From the NCBI RefSeq assembly GCF_000284455.1, contig NC_017039.1, positions 1,890,001 through 1,922,000 on the forward strand: DNA of 32,000 bases, read 5' to 3'. Position 1 is the first letter of the stretch. Each line of letters begins with the position of its first letter. The notes under the pieces are model-generated. The model saw nothing but the letters and a program-made list of their open reading frames with translations, was not told the origin of the DNA and made no database searches. This document shows, in pieces, positions 8,728-18,217 of the stretch. Origin of the DNA: Synechocystis sp. PCC 6803 substr. PCC-P. Lineage in GTDB: Bacteria; Cyanobacteriota; Cyanobacteriia; Cyanobacteriales; Microcystaceae. The position numbers and the translations under genes were made by a program.

Positions 8728-10176
8728 ATGTTTGATGCCTTAGCCGATCGCCTTGAAGATGCCTGGAAGAAGCTCCGGGGTCAGGACAAAATTAGTGAAA
8801 GCAATATTAAAGAGGCGCTTCAGGAAGTCAGGAGAGCCCTGTTGGCGGCGGACGTGAATCTCCAGGTGGTCAAGGGTTTCATCAAAGACGTAGAGCAAAA
8901 AGCCCTCGGTGCGGATGTGATCAGTGGGGTTAACCCAGGGCAACAGTTCATCAAAATTGTTTACGACGAACTGGTAAACCTGATGGGGGAAAGCAACGTG
9001 CCCCTAGCTCAAGCAGAGCAAGCTCCCACCGTCATTCTTATGGCCGGCTTGCAGGGGACCGGGAAAACCACCGCCACGGCCAAATTAGCCCTCTATCTCC
9101 GCAAACAAAAACGCAGTGCCCTGATGGTGGCCACGGACGTTTATCGCCCCGCCGCCATTGACCAACTAAAAACTCTGGGGCAACAGATTGATGTGCCTGT
9201 ATTTGACCTGGGCAGTGATGCCAACCCGGTGGAAATTGCCCGCCAAGGGGTGGAAAAAGCCAAGGAATTGGGAGTCGATACGGTCTTAATCGATACCGCC
9301 GGTCGTTTGCAGATTGATCCCCAAATGATGGCGGAGTTGGCCGAAATTAAACAGGTTGTTAAACCTGACGATACTCTACTGGTAGTAGATGCCATGACGG
9401 GGCAAGAGGCGGCCAATTTAACCCATACTTTCCACGAGCAAATTGGTATTACCGGAGCAATTCTTACCAAGTTAGATGGGGATACTAGGGGCGGTGCAGC
9501 CCTATCGGTGCGGCAAATTTCCGGCCAGCCGATCAAATTTGTCGGGGTGGGGGAAAAAGTGGAGGCCCTGCAACCTTTCTATCCCGATCGCCTAGCCAGT
9601 CGGATTTTAAACATGGGGGATGTGCTGACCCTGGTGGAAAAAGCCCAAGAGGCGATCGATGTCGGGGACGTGGAGAAGTTACAGAACAAGATTCTCGAAG
9701 CCACCTTCGATTTTGATGACTTCATTAAGCAAATGCGCTTTATGAAGAATATGGGTTCCCTAGGGGGTCTGCTGAAAATGATTCCCGGCATGAATAAGCT
9801 CAGCAGTGGCGACATCGAAAAAGGGGAAAAGGAACTCAAGCGCACCGAAGCCATGATTAGTTCCATGACCACGGAGGAAAGGAAGAATCCCGATTTATTA
9901 GCTAAATCCCCCAGTCGGCGTCGTCGCATAGCCCAAGGATCGGGTCATAGTGAAACCGATGTGTCTAAGCTAATCACCAATTTCACCAAGATGCGGACCA
10001 TGATGCAGCAAATGGGCATGGGAGGAATGCCTGGAGGTATGCCAGGGATGGGAGCAATGCCAGGCATGGGGGGAGGTATGTTTGGCGGTCAACCAGGCCC
10101 AGGTTTTCGAGGTTACAGAGGTGGTGGCGGTAAGCCGAAAAAGAAAAAGAAGAAAAAAGGTTTTGGCCAGCTTTAA
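8728..10176 (+). CDS. ffh: signal recognition particle protein Ffh (SRP54)
   Basis: 'MAGLQGTGKTTATAKLA', 'VATDVYRPAAIDQL', 'DTAGRLQID', 'TKLDGDTRGGAAL', and a Met/Gly-rich M domain. 482 aa. Confidence 0.98.
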   Translation: MFDALADRLEDAWKKLRGQDKISESNIKEALQEVRRALLAADVNLQVVKGFIKDVEQKALGADVISGVNPGQQFIKIVYDELVNLMGESNVPLAQAEQAPTVILMAGLQGTGKTTATAKLALYLRKQKRSALMVATDVYRPAAIDQLKTLGQQIDVPVFDLGSDANPVEIARQGVEKAKELGVDTVLIDTAGRLQIDPQMMAELAEIKQVVKPDDTLLVVDAMTGQEAANLTHTFHEQIGITGAILTKLDGDTRGGAALSVRQISGQPIKFVGVGEKVEALQPFYPDRLASRILNMGDVLTLVEKAQEAIDVGDVEKLQNKILEATFDFDDFIKQMRFMKNMGSLGGLLKMIPGMNKLSSGDIEKGEKELKRTEAMISSMTTEERKNPDLLAKSPSRRRRIAQGSGHSETDVSKLITNFTKMRTMMQQMGMGGMPGGMPGMGAMPGMGGGMFGGQPGPGFRGYRGGGGKPKKKKKKKGFGQL

Positions 10177-10201
10177 TGTGTTATTTGCCTAGTCTTATTC
10201 T

Positions 10202-10238
10202 GCTCCCTAAATTGACTACTTCATGGACAATGGGGAGC
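10202..10238 (+). terminator. possible stem-loop terminator downstream of ffh
   Basis: GCTCCCT (10202-10208) pairs with GGGGAGC (10232-10238), with one G-U pair, followed by AAATTTTAT. Long loop and weak T tract. Confidence 0.3.
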
Positions 10239-10248
10239 AAATTTTATC

Positions 10249-10279
10249 TTAACTTCTCTGTAAAATTAGGAGAGGTTAA
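10249..10279. other. AU-rich imperfect stem-loop downstream of ffh
   Basis: TTAACTTCTCT (10249-10259) pairs with GGAGAGGTTAA (10269-10279), 11 bp including G-U pairs, 9-nt loop; no T tract. Confidence 0.4.
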
Positions 10280-10412
10280 TAAGATTTGCTGAGCTTATCT
10301 GCAAATATTTTGTATTGTCTGAATCCGTTGTCAAAATCTTGATAAAAATGATTGATTTTAACTATTTTAGGCAAAATTTAGATTTATAGTAGTTTCAAAT
10401 AAAGCTGAGACG

Positions 10413-10907
10413 CTAAACGCCACAGTAAGAACGGATAATTTCATCAAGAGACGTGTCAATAGGAGCGTACATTCTAGCTCGTTTCAAGGCACTAAAGTCA
10501 TGCTCAATATCATTTAAATCAGGAGAATATTTCGGCAAAAAAAGAACTTCATGACCTGCTTCTTTAGCCAATTCTTTAATGGCAGTTTTACGATGAATAG
10601 GAGCATTATCCATTATTAATATTGATGGAATGTCGAGGGAGGGTAGCAAATATAATTTTAACCATCCTTCAAAGCCTTCTGCATTCAAACTCCCGGTAAA
10701 AACCATCGGCGCAATCAAATCTTTTTTTCCTTTTCTTCTCCCTGCTACTAGATTTTCTCTGACTCCCCTTTTTCCTTGTCTATCTCCATAAACTTTTTTT
10801 CCTTTTTTTGACCAGGCATAAATACAAGCCTGGATTGCTTCGAATCCAGATTCATCTATGTAAACTATAGCTTGACTACCATAGAGCTTAATTAGTTCTC
10901 TTAACAT
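10413..10907 (-). CDS. transposase C-terminal catalytic part (DDE), ISY100-like
   Basis: 'IVYIDESGFE', 'LFLPKYSPDLNDIEHDFSALKR', 'SILIMDNAPIHRKTAI': canonical IS630/Tc1 DDE motifs. Confidence 0.92.
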   Translation of the reverse strand: MLRELIKLYGSQAIVYIDESGFEAIQACIYAWSKKGKKVYGDRQGKRGVRENLVAGRRKGKKDLIAPMVFTGSLNAEGFEGWLKLYLLPSLDIPSILIMDNAPIHRKTAIKELAKEAGHEVLFLPKYSPDLNDIEHDFSALKRARMYAPIDTSLDEIIRSYCGV

Positions 10908-11260
10908 TCTATAGTACTTAACTCGTTCCTCCCGGTTTCTTTCTCGATAACGTAGTTCTTTTTTTTTCTGTTTATTTTCATTTTCTTTAATGCGTAATAT
11001 ACGGCACTCGGCCTCACTCCAAATTTCTTGGCTCTGTCTATCAATCTTGCATCGGGATTTTCTTCTACGTCTTTTTTTAGAGCTTCCCAGTCTAATTTCC
11101 TATGGCGACGCTCTACTTTTGTTGGGCTTAAATCTACTCTATTTAACCATCTGTATATCGAGGCTTTTCCTATTTTATATATCTTGGAAGCCTCAGTTAT
11201 TTTTCCTCCAGCTTCTATATAAGCTACTACCCTTTGCCTTAAATCTAAACTGTAAGCCAT
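10901..11260 (-). CDS. transposase N-terminal part (helix-turn-helix), ISY100-like, frameshifted
   Basis: 'MAYSLDLRQRVVAYIEAGGKITEASKIYKIGKASIYRWLNR' is an IS630-type HTH. The frame is lost after the A9 run. Confidence 0.9.
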   Translation of the reverse strand: MAYSLDLRQRVVAYIEAGGKITEASKIYKIGKASIYRWLNRVDLSPTKVERRHRKLDWEALKKDVEENPDARLIDRAKKFGVRPSAVYYALKKMKINRKKKNYVIEKETGRNELSTIEC

Positions 11261-11464
11261 TGTTTAAACCTGTTCATTTTGTACACTCCATAATTTTACA
11301 TTAAATTCTCTCATCGTTAATTGAAATGACTATAAAAATCAAACTTGCAGAGCTTTATAAACGAGTTGATTTTTCCAAATAACCAAGGCAACAATGCTCC
11401 CCAACAGTGCAACATCAAGCCATGGGAAGCAATGCCCAAATGCCATTAGTTAGCCGGGGAAACC

Positions 11465-12952
11465 TTAAGCTTGGGCCAGGAGTTTACCAATTAATTGATT
11501 AGTCAACTTTGGATCTGCCTTGCCGCCAGTACGTTTCATGACTTGACCGACAAAGAAACCCTGCATATTGCCCTTACCACTGCGGAATTTTTCCAACTCC
11601 TTGGGATGGTCAGCAATGACAGCTTGGATGATGGCAGTCAACTCGTCGGGGTCAGAAATTTGCACCAAGCCCCTAGCTTCAATAATTTTCTGGGGAGAGC
11701 CACCTTTTTCCAGCAACTCCGGCAGAATATCTTTGGCAATTTTGCCGCTAATGGTGCCTTTGGTAATTAGATCAATTAACTCCGCCAGGGCCGACGGTTT
11801 CAGGGCCAGCCCGCTGATGGTCAAACGGTTGTTGTTGAGGTAGGCGGCAATGTCCTGGGTAACCCAATTGGCCACTGCTTTCGGGTCAGCTCCGGCATTC
11901 ACCGCTTCCTCAAAATAGAGCGCCACATCCCGGTCTTCGGTCAATACCCGGGCATCATAGGCAGATAAACCCAGTTTCTGTTCATAGCGGGCCCGTTTGG
12001 CACTGGGGAGTTCCGGCAAGGTTGCAAACCAAGTTTGTTTCTGTTGCTCGGACACTTCTAAGGGGGGCAAGTCCGGTTCAGGAAAATAGCGATAATCGCT
12101 GGAGCCTTCCTTTTTTCGCATGCTGATGGTGCGCTGACTGCCTTCCTCCCAGAGGCGGGTTTCTTGGTAAATCTCCTCCCCGTCGGCGATGGCCTTAATT
12201 TGCCTTTCAATCTCATACTCGATCGCCTTTTGGATGGCGCTAAAGGAGTTCATGTTTTTGATCTCCACCTTGGTGCCAAATTCCTTTTGCCCCACCGGAC
12301 GCACAGAAATATTTACATCACAACGGAGGGAACCTTCTTGCATATTGCCGTCGCTAATGCCTAGGTAACGCACCAGTTGGCGTAAAGACTGGGCATACTC
12401 CGCCGCTTCCTGCCCCGTGCGTAAATCCGGCTCCGAAACAATTTCTAGTAAAGGTACCCCAGTGCGATTGAAATCCACCAGGGAATGGGTTGACCCCGCC
12501 AGGCGATCGCTCCCCGCATGGACTAATTTGCCCGCATCTTCCTCCATATGTAAACGAGTGATGCCAATGGTTTTGCGGGTAATCTCTTTAGTTTTTTTAT
12601 CCACCAACTCAATTTCCAAGGAGCCATGCTCCACAATGGGCAAATCAAACTGGGAAATTTGATAGTTCTTAGGTAAATCCGGATAAAAATACTGCTTGCG
12701 GTCAAACTTACTGTAGGGGGCAATCTGGCCATTGATGGCTAAGCCAAGTTTAACCGCCGCCGCCAACACTTCTTCATTGAGCACTGGCAGAACCCCCGGA
12801 TAACCCAAACACACCGGACAGACATTGGTGTTGGGGGGACTGTCAAAATCAGTGGAGCAATTACAAAAAATCTTACTAGCTGTGTTGAGCTGACAGTGGG
12901 TTTCTAGCCCAATAATCGCTTCGTAATCGGTTTTAACAGCAGTGGCAGTCAT
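11465..12952 (-). CDS. gatB: Asp-tRNA(Asn)/Glu-tRNA(Gln) amidotransferase subunit B
   Basis: 'YEAIIGLETHCQLNTASKIFCNC', 'NTNVCPVCLGYPGVLPVLN', 'GSLRCDVNISVRP', 'EIKNMNSFSAI'. Start placed at MTATAVKTDYEA (12952) rather than the ORF-track start at 13024. Confidence 0.97.
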   Translation of the reverse strand: MTATAVKTDYEAIIGLETHCQLNTASKIFCNCSTDFDSPPNTNVCPVCLGYPGVLPVLNEEVLAAAVKLGLAINGQIAPYSKFDRKQYFYPDLPKNYQISQFDLPIVEHGSLEIELVDKKTKEITRKTIGITRLHMEEDAGKLVHAGSDRLAGSTHSLVDFNRTGVPLLEIVSEPDLRTGQEAAEYAQSLRQLVRYLGISDGNMQEGSLRCDVNISVRPVGQKEFGTKVEIKNMNSFSAIQKAIEYEIERQIKAIADGEEIYQETRLWEEGSQRTISMRKKEGSSDYRYFPEPDLPPLEVSEQQKQTWFATLPELPSAKRARYEQKLGLSAYDARVLTEDRDVALYFEEAVNAGADPKAVANWVTQDIAAYLNNNRLTISGLALKPSALAELIDLITKGTISGKIAKDILPELLEKGGSPQKIIEARGLVQISDPDELTAIIQAVIADHPKELEKFRSGKGNMQGFFVGQVMKRTGGKADPKLTNQLIGKLLAQA

Positions 12953-13052
12953 GAATTTCCGGCAGATTGGCTTCCTCCCATTCTGCCATACTCCCGCCGT
13001 CCAACGGGCACTTTTCTCCCTCACTAACCCCCAGCGGCGATCGGATCAAAGC

Positions 13053-15005
13053 CTAGGATTTTTGCTGTTTTTCCGGCTTGGGACGGGGGAATTGGGAAGG
13101 AGAGGGGAAGTTTTCCACTGGCATATTTTTGATGGCCTGACTCATAAAAGAGCGCCAAATGGGAGCGGCATAACCCCCTCCTGAAATCCCCTTACCCAGA
13201 GAACGGTTAGCATCATCTCCAATCCAGACGGCGGTGGCCAATTGGGGCACATAACCCACAAACCAAACGTTGCGCTCATTGTCTGTGGTGCCAGTTTTGC
13301 CAGCAGTGGGACGCCCTAGGTAGGCCGATTTACCTGTCCCTCCCTGGACAACGGAAGTGAGCACTGAAGAAGTACTAGCCGCAGCCCAGGGATCTAACAC
13401 TTGTTGGGGCTTGGGAGTATTGTCTAGCAGGACATCTCCCCGCACATTGGTAACCCGCAAAATTGCGGTGGGCTCAGAATACCAGCCATTGCTAGCTAGG
13501 GTGGCATAACCTACGGCCATATCCAATGGAGTCACATCCACCGACCCCAGGGGCAAGGAAAGAACAGATTGCAATGGTGTTTTAATGCCCATCTGCTTAG
13601 CATCCTCAATCACCTTATTAAGGCCAACACGACTACCAATCAACACCGCTGGAATATTGGCAGAACTGGCCACTGCCTGGCGAATGGACATAGAGCCGGA
13701 AAAACCGCCGCCATAGTTTTTGGGAGAATAGAAACCTGCTCCGTCTCTCAAACTGATGGGACGGTCTTCAATGGAGGAATCGGGGGTGTATTTTCCACTG
13801 GCAAAGGCACTGTAATAAACAAAGGGTTTAAAGGCCGAACCCGGCTGACGACGGGAAATGGTGACCCGATTAAGTTGGCTTTTGTTGTAGTCCACTCCCC
13901 CGGCCATGGCTTTGATGAAATGGGTTTCCGGCTCCACCGCCACTAGGGCAATCTGTAAATCCTTTGCCCTTCCCATGCGTCCCCGCAAACCGCTATAGGC
14001 GGACTTGACAGTTTTTTCCGCCAGCTTTTGGGTGTCGTAGTCAACGGTACTTTGTACTCTCAAACCGCCCTGGGCCAAGGCTTCTTTCCCGAATCTAGTT
14101 TCCAGTTCAGCAATAACTGCATCGGTAACGTAGGGCAATTTGCTGTTTTGCCAAGCAGTGGGTTGACCCAACTTGTTCTGGAGGGGTTCTTTTTTTGCTG
14201 CCTCGGCCTCGGCAGGGGTAATCCAACCAATACTGACCATGCGGTCTAGTACGACTTCCTGGCGTTCCTTAGCCGCAGTAAAGTTGTTGAAAGGGCTATA
14301 GGCCTCCGGGGCTTGGATCATGCCAGCCAACATAGCCGATTCGGCCAAATCTAGATCAGCAGCGGATTTTTTAAAGTAGCTCTCAGCCGCCGTTTGGATA
14401 CCGTAGTTATTATGGCCCCAGTAGATATAGTTGAGGTACATGTCCAAAATTTGGTCTTTGTCGAATACCTGTTCGACTCTAATCGCCAAAACCGCTTCGG
14501 CCAATTTGCGGGTAAAAACTCTTTTTTGGCTCAGATAAATATTTTTTACCAACTGCATGCTAAGGGTAGAAGCCCCTTCGCTTACTCCACCACTTTTAAA
14601 GTTGACTAACAGGGCCCGCCCAATGCTGTTGGGGTTGATGCCTTGGTGTTTATAAAAATTGCTGTCTTCGATCGCCAGTACGGCACGTTTTAGGTTGGGA
14701 GAAATTTCCGCCAGGGGCACAATTTTGCGATGTTCTTCCCCGTGGAGGCTGAGCAATTCCCGTCCTTTGGCATCGTAGATATAACTGGTTTGGGCGGGCA
14801 CGTAGGAAGTTAGACCCCGCACATCGGGTAGATTACGAAAACTAAAGGCCAAGCCAGCCACCCCTCCTGCCACCACAGCGGTAGAAACTAGACCCACCCC
14901 CAGAAAAGTGGTGCCGGTGGTGCACAATACCCGCTGGAAAAAATTAGGCTGGGCTTTGGCTTTGACCTTGGTGGAAGACGGTTTTAGGGTGCTAGTGGAT
15001 GACAC
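13053..15005 (-). CDS. class A penicillin-binding protein (bifunctional glycosyltransferase/transpeptidase, PBP1A type)
   Basis: GT51 motifs 'AVLAIEDSNFYKHQGINPNSIGRAL', 'GGVSEGASTLSMQLVKN', 'LAIRVEQVFDKDQILDMYLN'; transpeptidase motifs 'RQPGSAFKPFVYYSA', 'SSANIPAV', 'GKTGTTDNERNVWFVGY'. Confidence 0.97.
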   Translation of the reverse strand: MSSTSTLKPSSTKVKAKAQPNFFQRVLCTTGTTFLGVGLVSTAVVAGGVAGLAFSFRNLPDVRGLTSYVPAQTSYIYDAKGRELLSLHGEEHRKIVPLAEISPNLKRAVLAIEDSNFYKHQGINPNSIGRALLVNFKSGGVSEGASTLSMQLVKNIYLSQKRVFTRKLAEAVLAIRVEQVFDKDQILDMYLNYIYWGHNNYGIQTAAESYFKKSAADLDLAESAMLAGMIQAPEAYSPFNNFTAAKERQEVVLDRMVSIGWITPAEAEAAKKEPLQNKLGQPTAWQNSKLPYVTDAVIAELETRFGKEALAQGGLRVQSTVDYDTQKLAEKTVKSAYSGLRGRMGRAKDLQIALVAVEPETHFIKAMAGGVDYNKSQLNRVTISRRQPGSAFKPFVYYSAFASGKYTPDSSIEDRPISLRDGAGFYSPKNYGGGFSGSMSIRQAVASSANIPAVLIGSRVGLNKVIEDAKQMGIKTPLQSVLSLPLGSVDVTPLDMAVGYATLASNGWYSEPTAILRVTNVRGDVLLDNTPKPQQVLDPWAAASTSSVLTSVVQGGTGKSAYLGRPTAGKTGTTDNERNVWFVGYVPQLATAVWIGDDANRSLGKGISGGGYAAPIWRSFMSQAIKNMPVENFPSPSQFPRPKPEKQQKS

Positions 15006-15197
15006 GGTGTAAGAACTTCCTCACGCCAGGAAATGGAATTTGTAACCTTGCAGACTCAGATGATTAAAATTAGCTACTCCCCAGGAACAATTTTCCCCGG
15101 AATTAATCTTAGTTTAGCTTACCGACATTCGCCCAGAAGTCAACTGAACTAGGCTAACCCAGTCCCAAGCTCGCTTAGAGGGGATTTTTTGCCAAAA

Positions 15198-16772
15198 TCA
15201 ACTTGAATGGGACAAATTAGCGGGCCAGTTAGCGACATTGGGACCAAGCCACTGGCGACAGGCCGGAATTAAATACTCTGCTAAATGTTGGGCGTCTACC
15301 CCCAGAATTGTTCTTTGTTGAGACGCTAAAATACCGGCTTGGGCATGCCACCAGGCTGCTGTTGCCACCCTTTGGGCAAGGTCAAATTTTTCTGGCTGGG
15401 CCAAGATACCCCCCATTAATCCCGTGAGGACATCCCCACTGCCTCCTCGGGCTAGGGCTGGAGTACTATCTTTGATTGCCCAGGTGGGGCCCGTTGGACT
15501 AGCAATGACCGTTTTAGCCCCTTTGAGCAGCACTGTGGCCTGACACATGGCCGCCGCTGTTTGCACTGCAGTGAGGCGATCGCCTTGGTCAATGTCGGGA
15601 AAAAGTCTTTTAAATTCACCTCCATGGGGAGTTAACACGGTGGGGGCTGTCCGTACTGCCAATAGGGGTAGTAATTGTTGCTGAGCCAATTGGTTGAGAC
15701 CATCGGCATCCAAAATCAGGGGACAATTAACCGACAAAACTTCTTCCACCAGGGGGCCCACGTCCGAGCCTAACCCTGGTCCAAGGGCCACAGCACTGTA
15801 ACGGGATAGGTCCAAATTGCCCAAACCGGCGATCGCCCCGGAGGGAGTTTCCAAAAGACCTTTCACCAAAACTTCGGGACATTGACTGTGGAGCAAGGCC
15901 TTAATCCCCATGGGCACCGCCACTGTCACCATCCCCACCCCACTGGCCCTGGCCCCCAGAGTGGTTAGCAACGCTCCCCCGGCATACTGTTGAGAACCGC
16001 AGATCAGTAATAGGTGGCCCTGTTGATACTTGTGGGTCACTAACGGGCGACTGAGGGGCAATGTTTGTTGAGCTTGGTCAGCTCCAAGGACTTGCACTGG
16101 CCAAACTTCTCCTAAAACATTGGCGATCGCCTGGGGGGGTAAGCCGATGCCCAATAACTCCGTCTGACCTAGGTGGGCCAAAGCCCTGTCCTGAAAGTAA
16201 GCTCGTTTCCAAAGACCAAGACAAAAACTCCGGTCTGCCTCCACTGCTACACCTAAAATTTCCCCCGTATCTGTCTCAATACCTGAAGGTAGATCGATAC
16301 TGACCACGGGGATAGGTAGATTGTTGATAGTTGTGATTAGGTCGGCGATTGCTCCGGTGATAAGTCTAGTTAAACCAACGCCGAACAAGGCATCAATAAT
16401 CAGATCGCAATGGGCCAAAGCCTGGACCCCATCCACCCAAGGGATGCCCAAACTTTTGCCGTAGTCAACGTGGTTTTGGGTCAGGGGTTTTAACTTGTCC
16501 AAGGGCTGTAAAACCTGAACCTGGTAGCCCTGGAGCTTTAGTTCCCTCGCCACCACTAAACCATCGCCACCGTTATGGCCCGGGCCCACCACCACCCCGA
16601 TGCGGGGATATGTGCTGAGGGGATAGAGCGTTAGCAATCTCTGGGCGGTCTGTAGAGCCGCTTTTTCCATCAAGGCCGCCACTGGCATACCCTGGGTGAA
16701 TAGCCAATTTTCAATCTCCTGCATTTGGGCCGCACTGACCACTGCCCGGAACCATGGAGACGTCACTGCCAT
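15198..16772 (-). CDS. nnr: bifunctional NAD(P)H-hydrate repair enzyme (ADP-dependent dehydratase/epimerase, YjeF family)
   Basis: 'GVVVGPGHNGGDGLVVARELKLQGYQVQVL', 'SIDLPSGIETDTG', 'ALGPGLG', 'LILDADGLNQL', 'TVLTPHGGEFKRL', 'LARGGSGDVLTGLMGGILAQ'. Confidence 0.95.
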   Translation of the reverse strand: MAVTSPWFRAVVSAAQMQEIENWLFTQGMPVAALMEKAALQTAQRLLTLYPLSTYPRIGVVVGPGHNGGDGLVVARELKLQGYQVQVLQPLDKLKPLTQNHVDYGKSLGIPWVDGVQALAHCDLIIDALFGVGLTRLITGAIADLITTINNLPIPVVSIDLPSGIETDTGEILGVAVEADRSFCLGLWKRAYFQDRALAHLGQTELLGIGLPPQAIANVLGEVWPVQVLGADQAQQTLPLSRPLVTHKYQQGHLLLICGSQQYAGGALLTTLGARASGVGMVTVAVPMGIKALLHSQCPEVLVKGLLETPSGAIAGLGNLDLSRYSAVALGPGLGSDVGPLVEEVLSVNCPLILDADGLNQLAQQQLLPLLAVRTAPTVLTPHGGEFKRLFPDIDQGDRLTAVQTAAAMCQATVLLKGAKTVIASPTGPTWAIKDSTPALARGGSGDVLTGLMGGILAQPEKFDLAQRVATAAWWHAQAGILASQQRTILGVDAQHLAEYLIPACRQWLGPNVANWPANLSHSS

Positions 16773-16791
16773 AATCTTTTTCCTTCAACTC

Positions 16792-17649
16792 TTAGGCCAA
16801 TGCTGGATCAACCAACGGCGAATAGTGTTGGAGTTGCCATTGATCCAAATACTCATACCAGGACTGCAATCCTTTCCCCGTGCGGGCAGACACTGCAAAA
16901 ATTTGGGCTTGGGGGGCCACTTGCCGTAGGTTTTGCCAAGCCAGCTCTGCATCAAAATCCACTGCGGCGGCAATGTCCTGTTTGGTGACTAAAATAACCT
17001 GGGCTGATTTGAAGGTGGCGGGATATTTAAGGGGTTTATCCTCCCCTTCTGTGACGGAAAATAATACGACCCGTAAATCTTCCCCTAGATCATAGGTGGT
17101 GGGGCAAACCAAATTACCAACATTTTCAATGATCAATTGATCGATATTGTCTAAATCTAACTTTTGGGCCGCCTTGGCCACCATTTCCGCTTCCAGATGG
17201 CAAATATTTCCTGTGGTGACCTGAATGGCGATCGCCCCGGCACTGCGGAGACGTTGGGCATCGTTATCGGTGGCTAAATCCCCCACAATGACGGCGGTGG
17301 GATGGTCTTTTTGTCGATCGCCGACCATTTTTTCGATCAGAGCAGTTTTACCGGCTCCGGGAGAAGAGAGGAAATTCATCACCAGTAAGCCCTTAGCCTG
17401 GAAATAGCCCCGATTCCTTTCCGCTAGGCGGTCATTCTTGCTGAGAATGCCTTGGCCAATGGCAATGGACTGGCGATCGGGTTCAATGGTCACAGTCTGC
17501 TGACTTGGACTTTTGCTGTAGTTGCCATGGTGGTGATGATGTTCTTGCTGGTCATGGTCATCATGGCTGTGGGCAAAATTTCCATCGCCATGGTGATGGT
17601 GGCTATGGGCAACGGTTCCCACCGCACTACAACCGCAGTTTTGGCACAT
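16792..17649 (-). CDS. hypB: hydrogenase nickel incorporation GTPase HypB
   Basis: His-rich N-terminus ([28 protein letters not shown]), Walker A '[12 protein letters not shown]', '[33 protein letters not shown]'. Confidence 0.97.
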
Positions 17650-17831
17650 AATAACCTTCCCCCTCGGGCGGAAATATTAATGTTATGACCCCATGGTAAG
17701 AGAGGATGCTTGAAAGAGGTTCTACTTTAATTGCCATTTGGCACAGTAATCTGGAATTGATGGTGGAGACCCAGGTTTGTCTTTTCTGGCTCCATTGATT
17801 AAATATCCAATTTCCCAGCCCCATTTTTGTA

Positions 17832-18179
17832 ATGACAGCTCCCCTAACCCTCAACTTACTCCAAGGTTCTGTTCGTTTTCCCTTTAGTGCCGAAGCGGCG
17901 ATCACCCTCCAGGGGGAGATCAACCAATTGGTCAATCAATTAAAGGCCATTGGTGCTCAGGTTAACCAGGGAGGCCGACCGGAGAAGCAACAGAATTTGG
18001 AATATTGCCACAGTGGAGAAGTCTTTTTAGAAGTATTTTGCAACCCAAATATTTACCCCAGCCCCTTTGCGGCTAAGGTATTGCTCACACTACGGGATGA
18101 CCGGATTCGTTTGACCACGGAAGCGGAATTGCCCAGACTCATTGAAGATTTGGCTGAATATCTAGCCCAGCATGGTTAG
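17832..18179 (+). CDS. hypothetical protein, probably a conserved cyanobacterial protein
   Basis: 115-aa ORF with plausible coding composition, ending just before the next + strand gene. No family recognised. Confidence 0.65.
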   Translation: MTAPLTLNLLQGSVRFPFSAEAAITLQGEINQLVNQLKAIGAQVNQGGRPEKQQNLEYCHSGEVFLEVFCNPNIYPSPFAAKVLLTLRDDRIRLTTEAELPRLIEDLAEYLAQHG

Positions 18180-18217
18180 ATCCAGCCCTGGTAAACCTTG
18201 TAAACAGTGCCCAACCA

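Larger units (their letters stand above)
10387..11332 (-). mobile_element. IS630/Tc1/mariner-family insertion sequence, ISY100-like, flanked by TA dinucleotides
   Basis: Terminal inverted repeats: left TAGTAGTTTCAAATAAAGCTGAGA and right (reverse complement) TAGTCATTTCAATTAACGATGAGA. TA is present at both ends (10385-10386 and 11333-11334). It encodes a split transposase. Length about 946 bp. Confidence 0.92.

Noticed and set aside
9579-9929. Antisense ORF inside ffh, and similar antisense ORFs (9141-9536 -, 24542-25420 +, 19877-20215 -)
   Set aside because: They lie opposite strongly supported genes and show low-complexity or composition-driven peptides, as expected from the codon bias of the sense gene.
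10015-10090. Repeat-like ATGGGAGGAATGCC... tandem pattern
   Set aside because: This is the Met/Gly-rich C-terminal tail of Ffh, not an independent DNA repeat.
17540-17630. Repetitive ATGGTG/CATGG-rich stretch
   Set aside because: Encodes the histidine-rich N-terminus of HypB; known protein feature.
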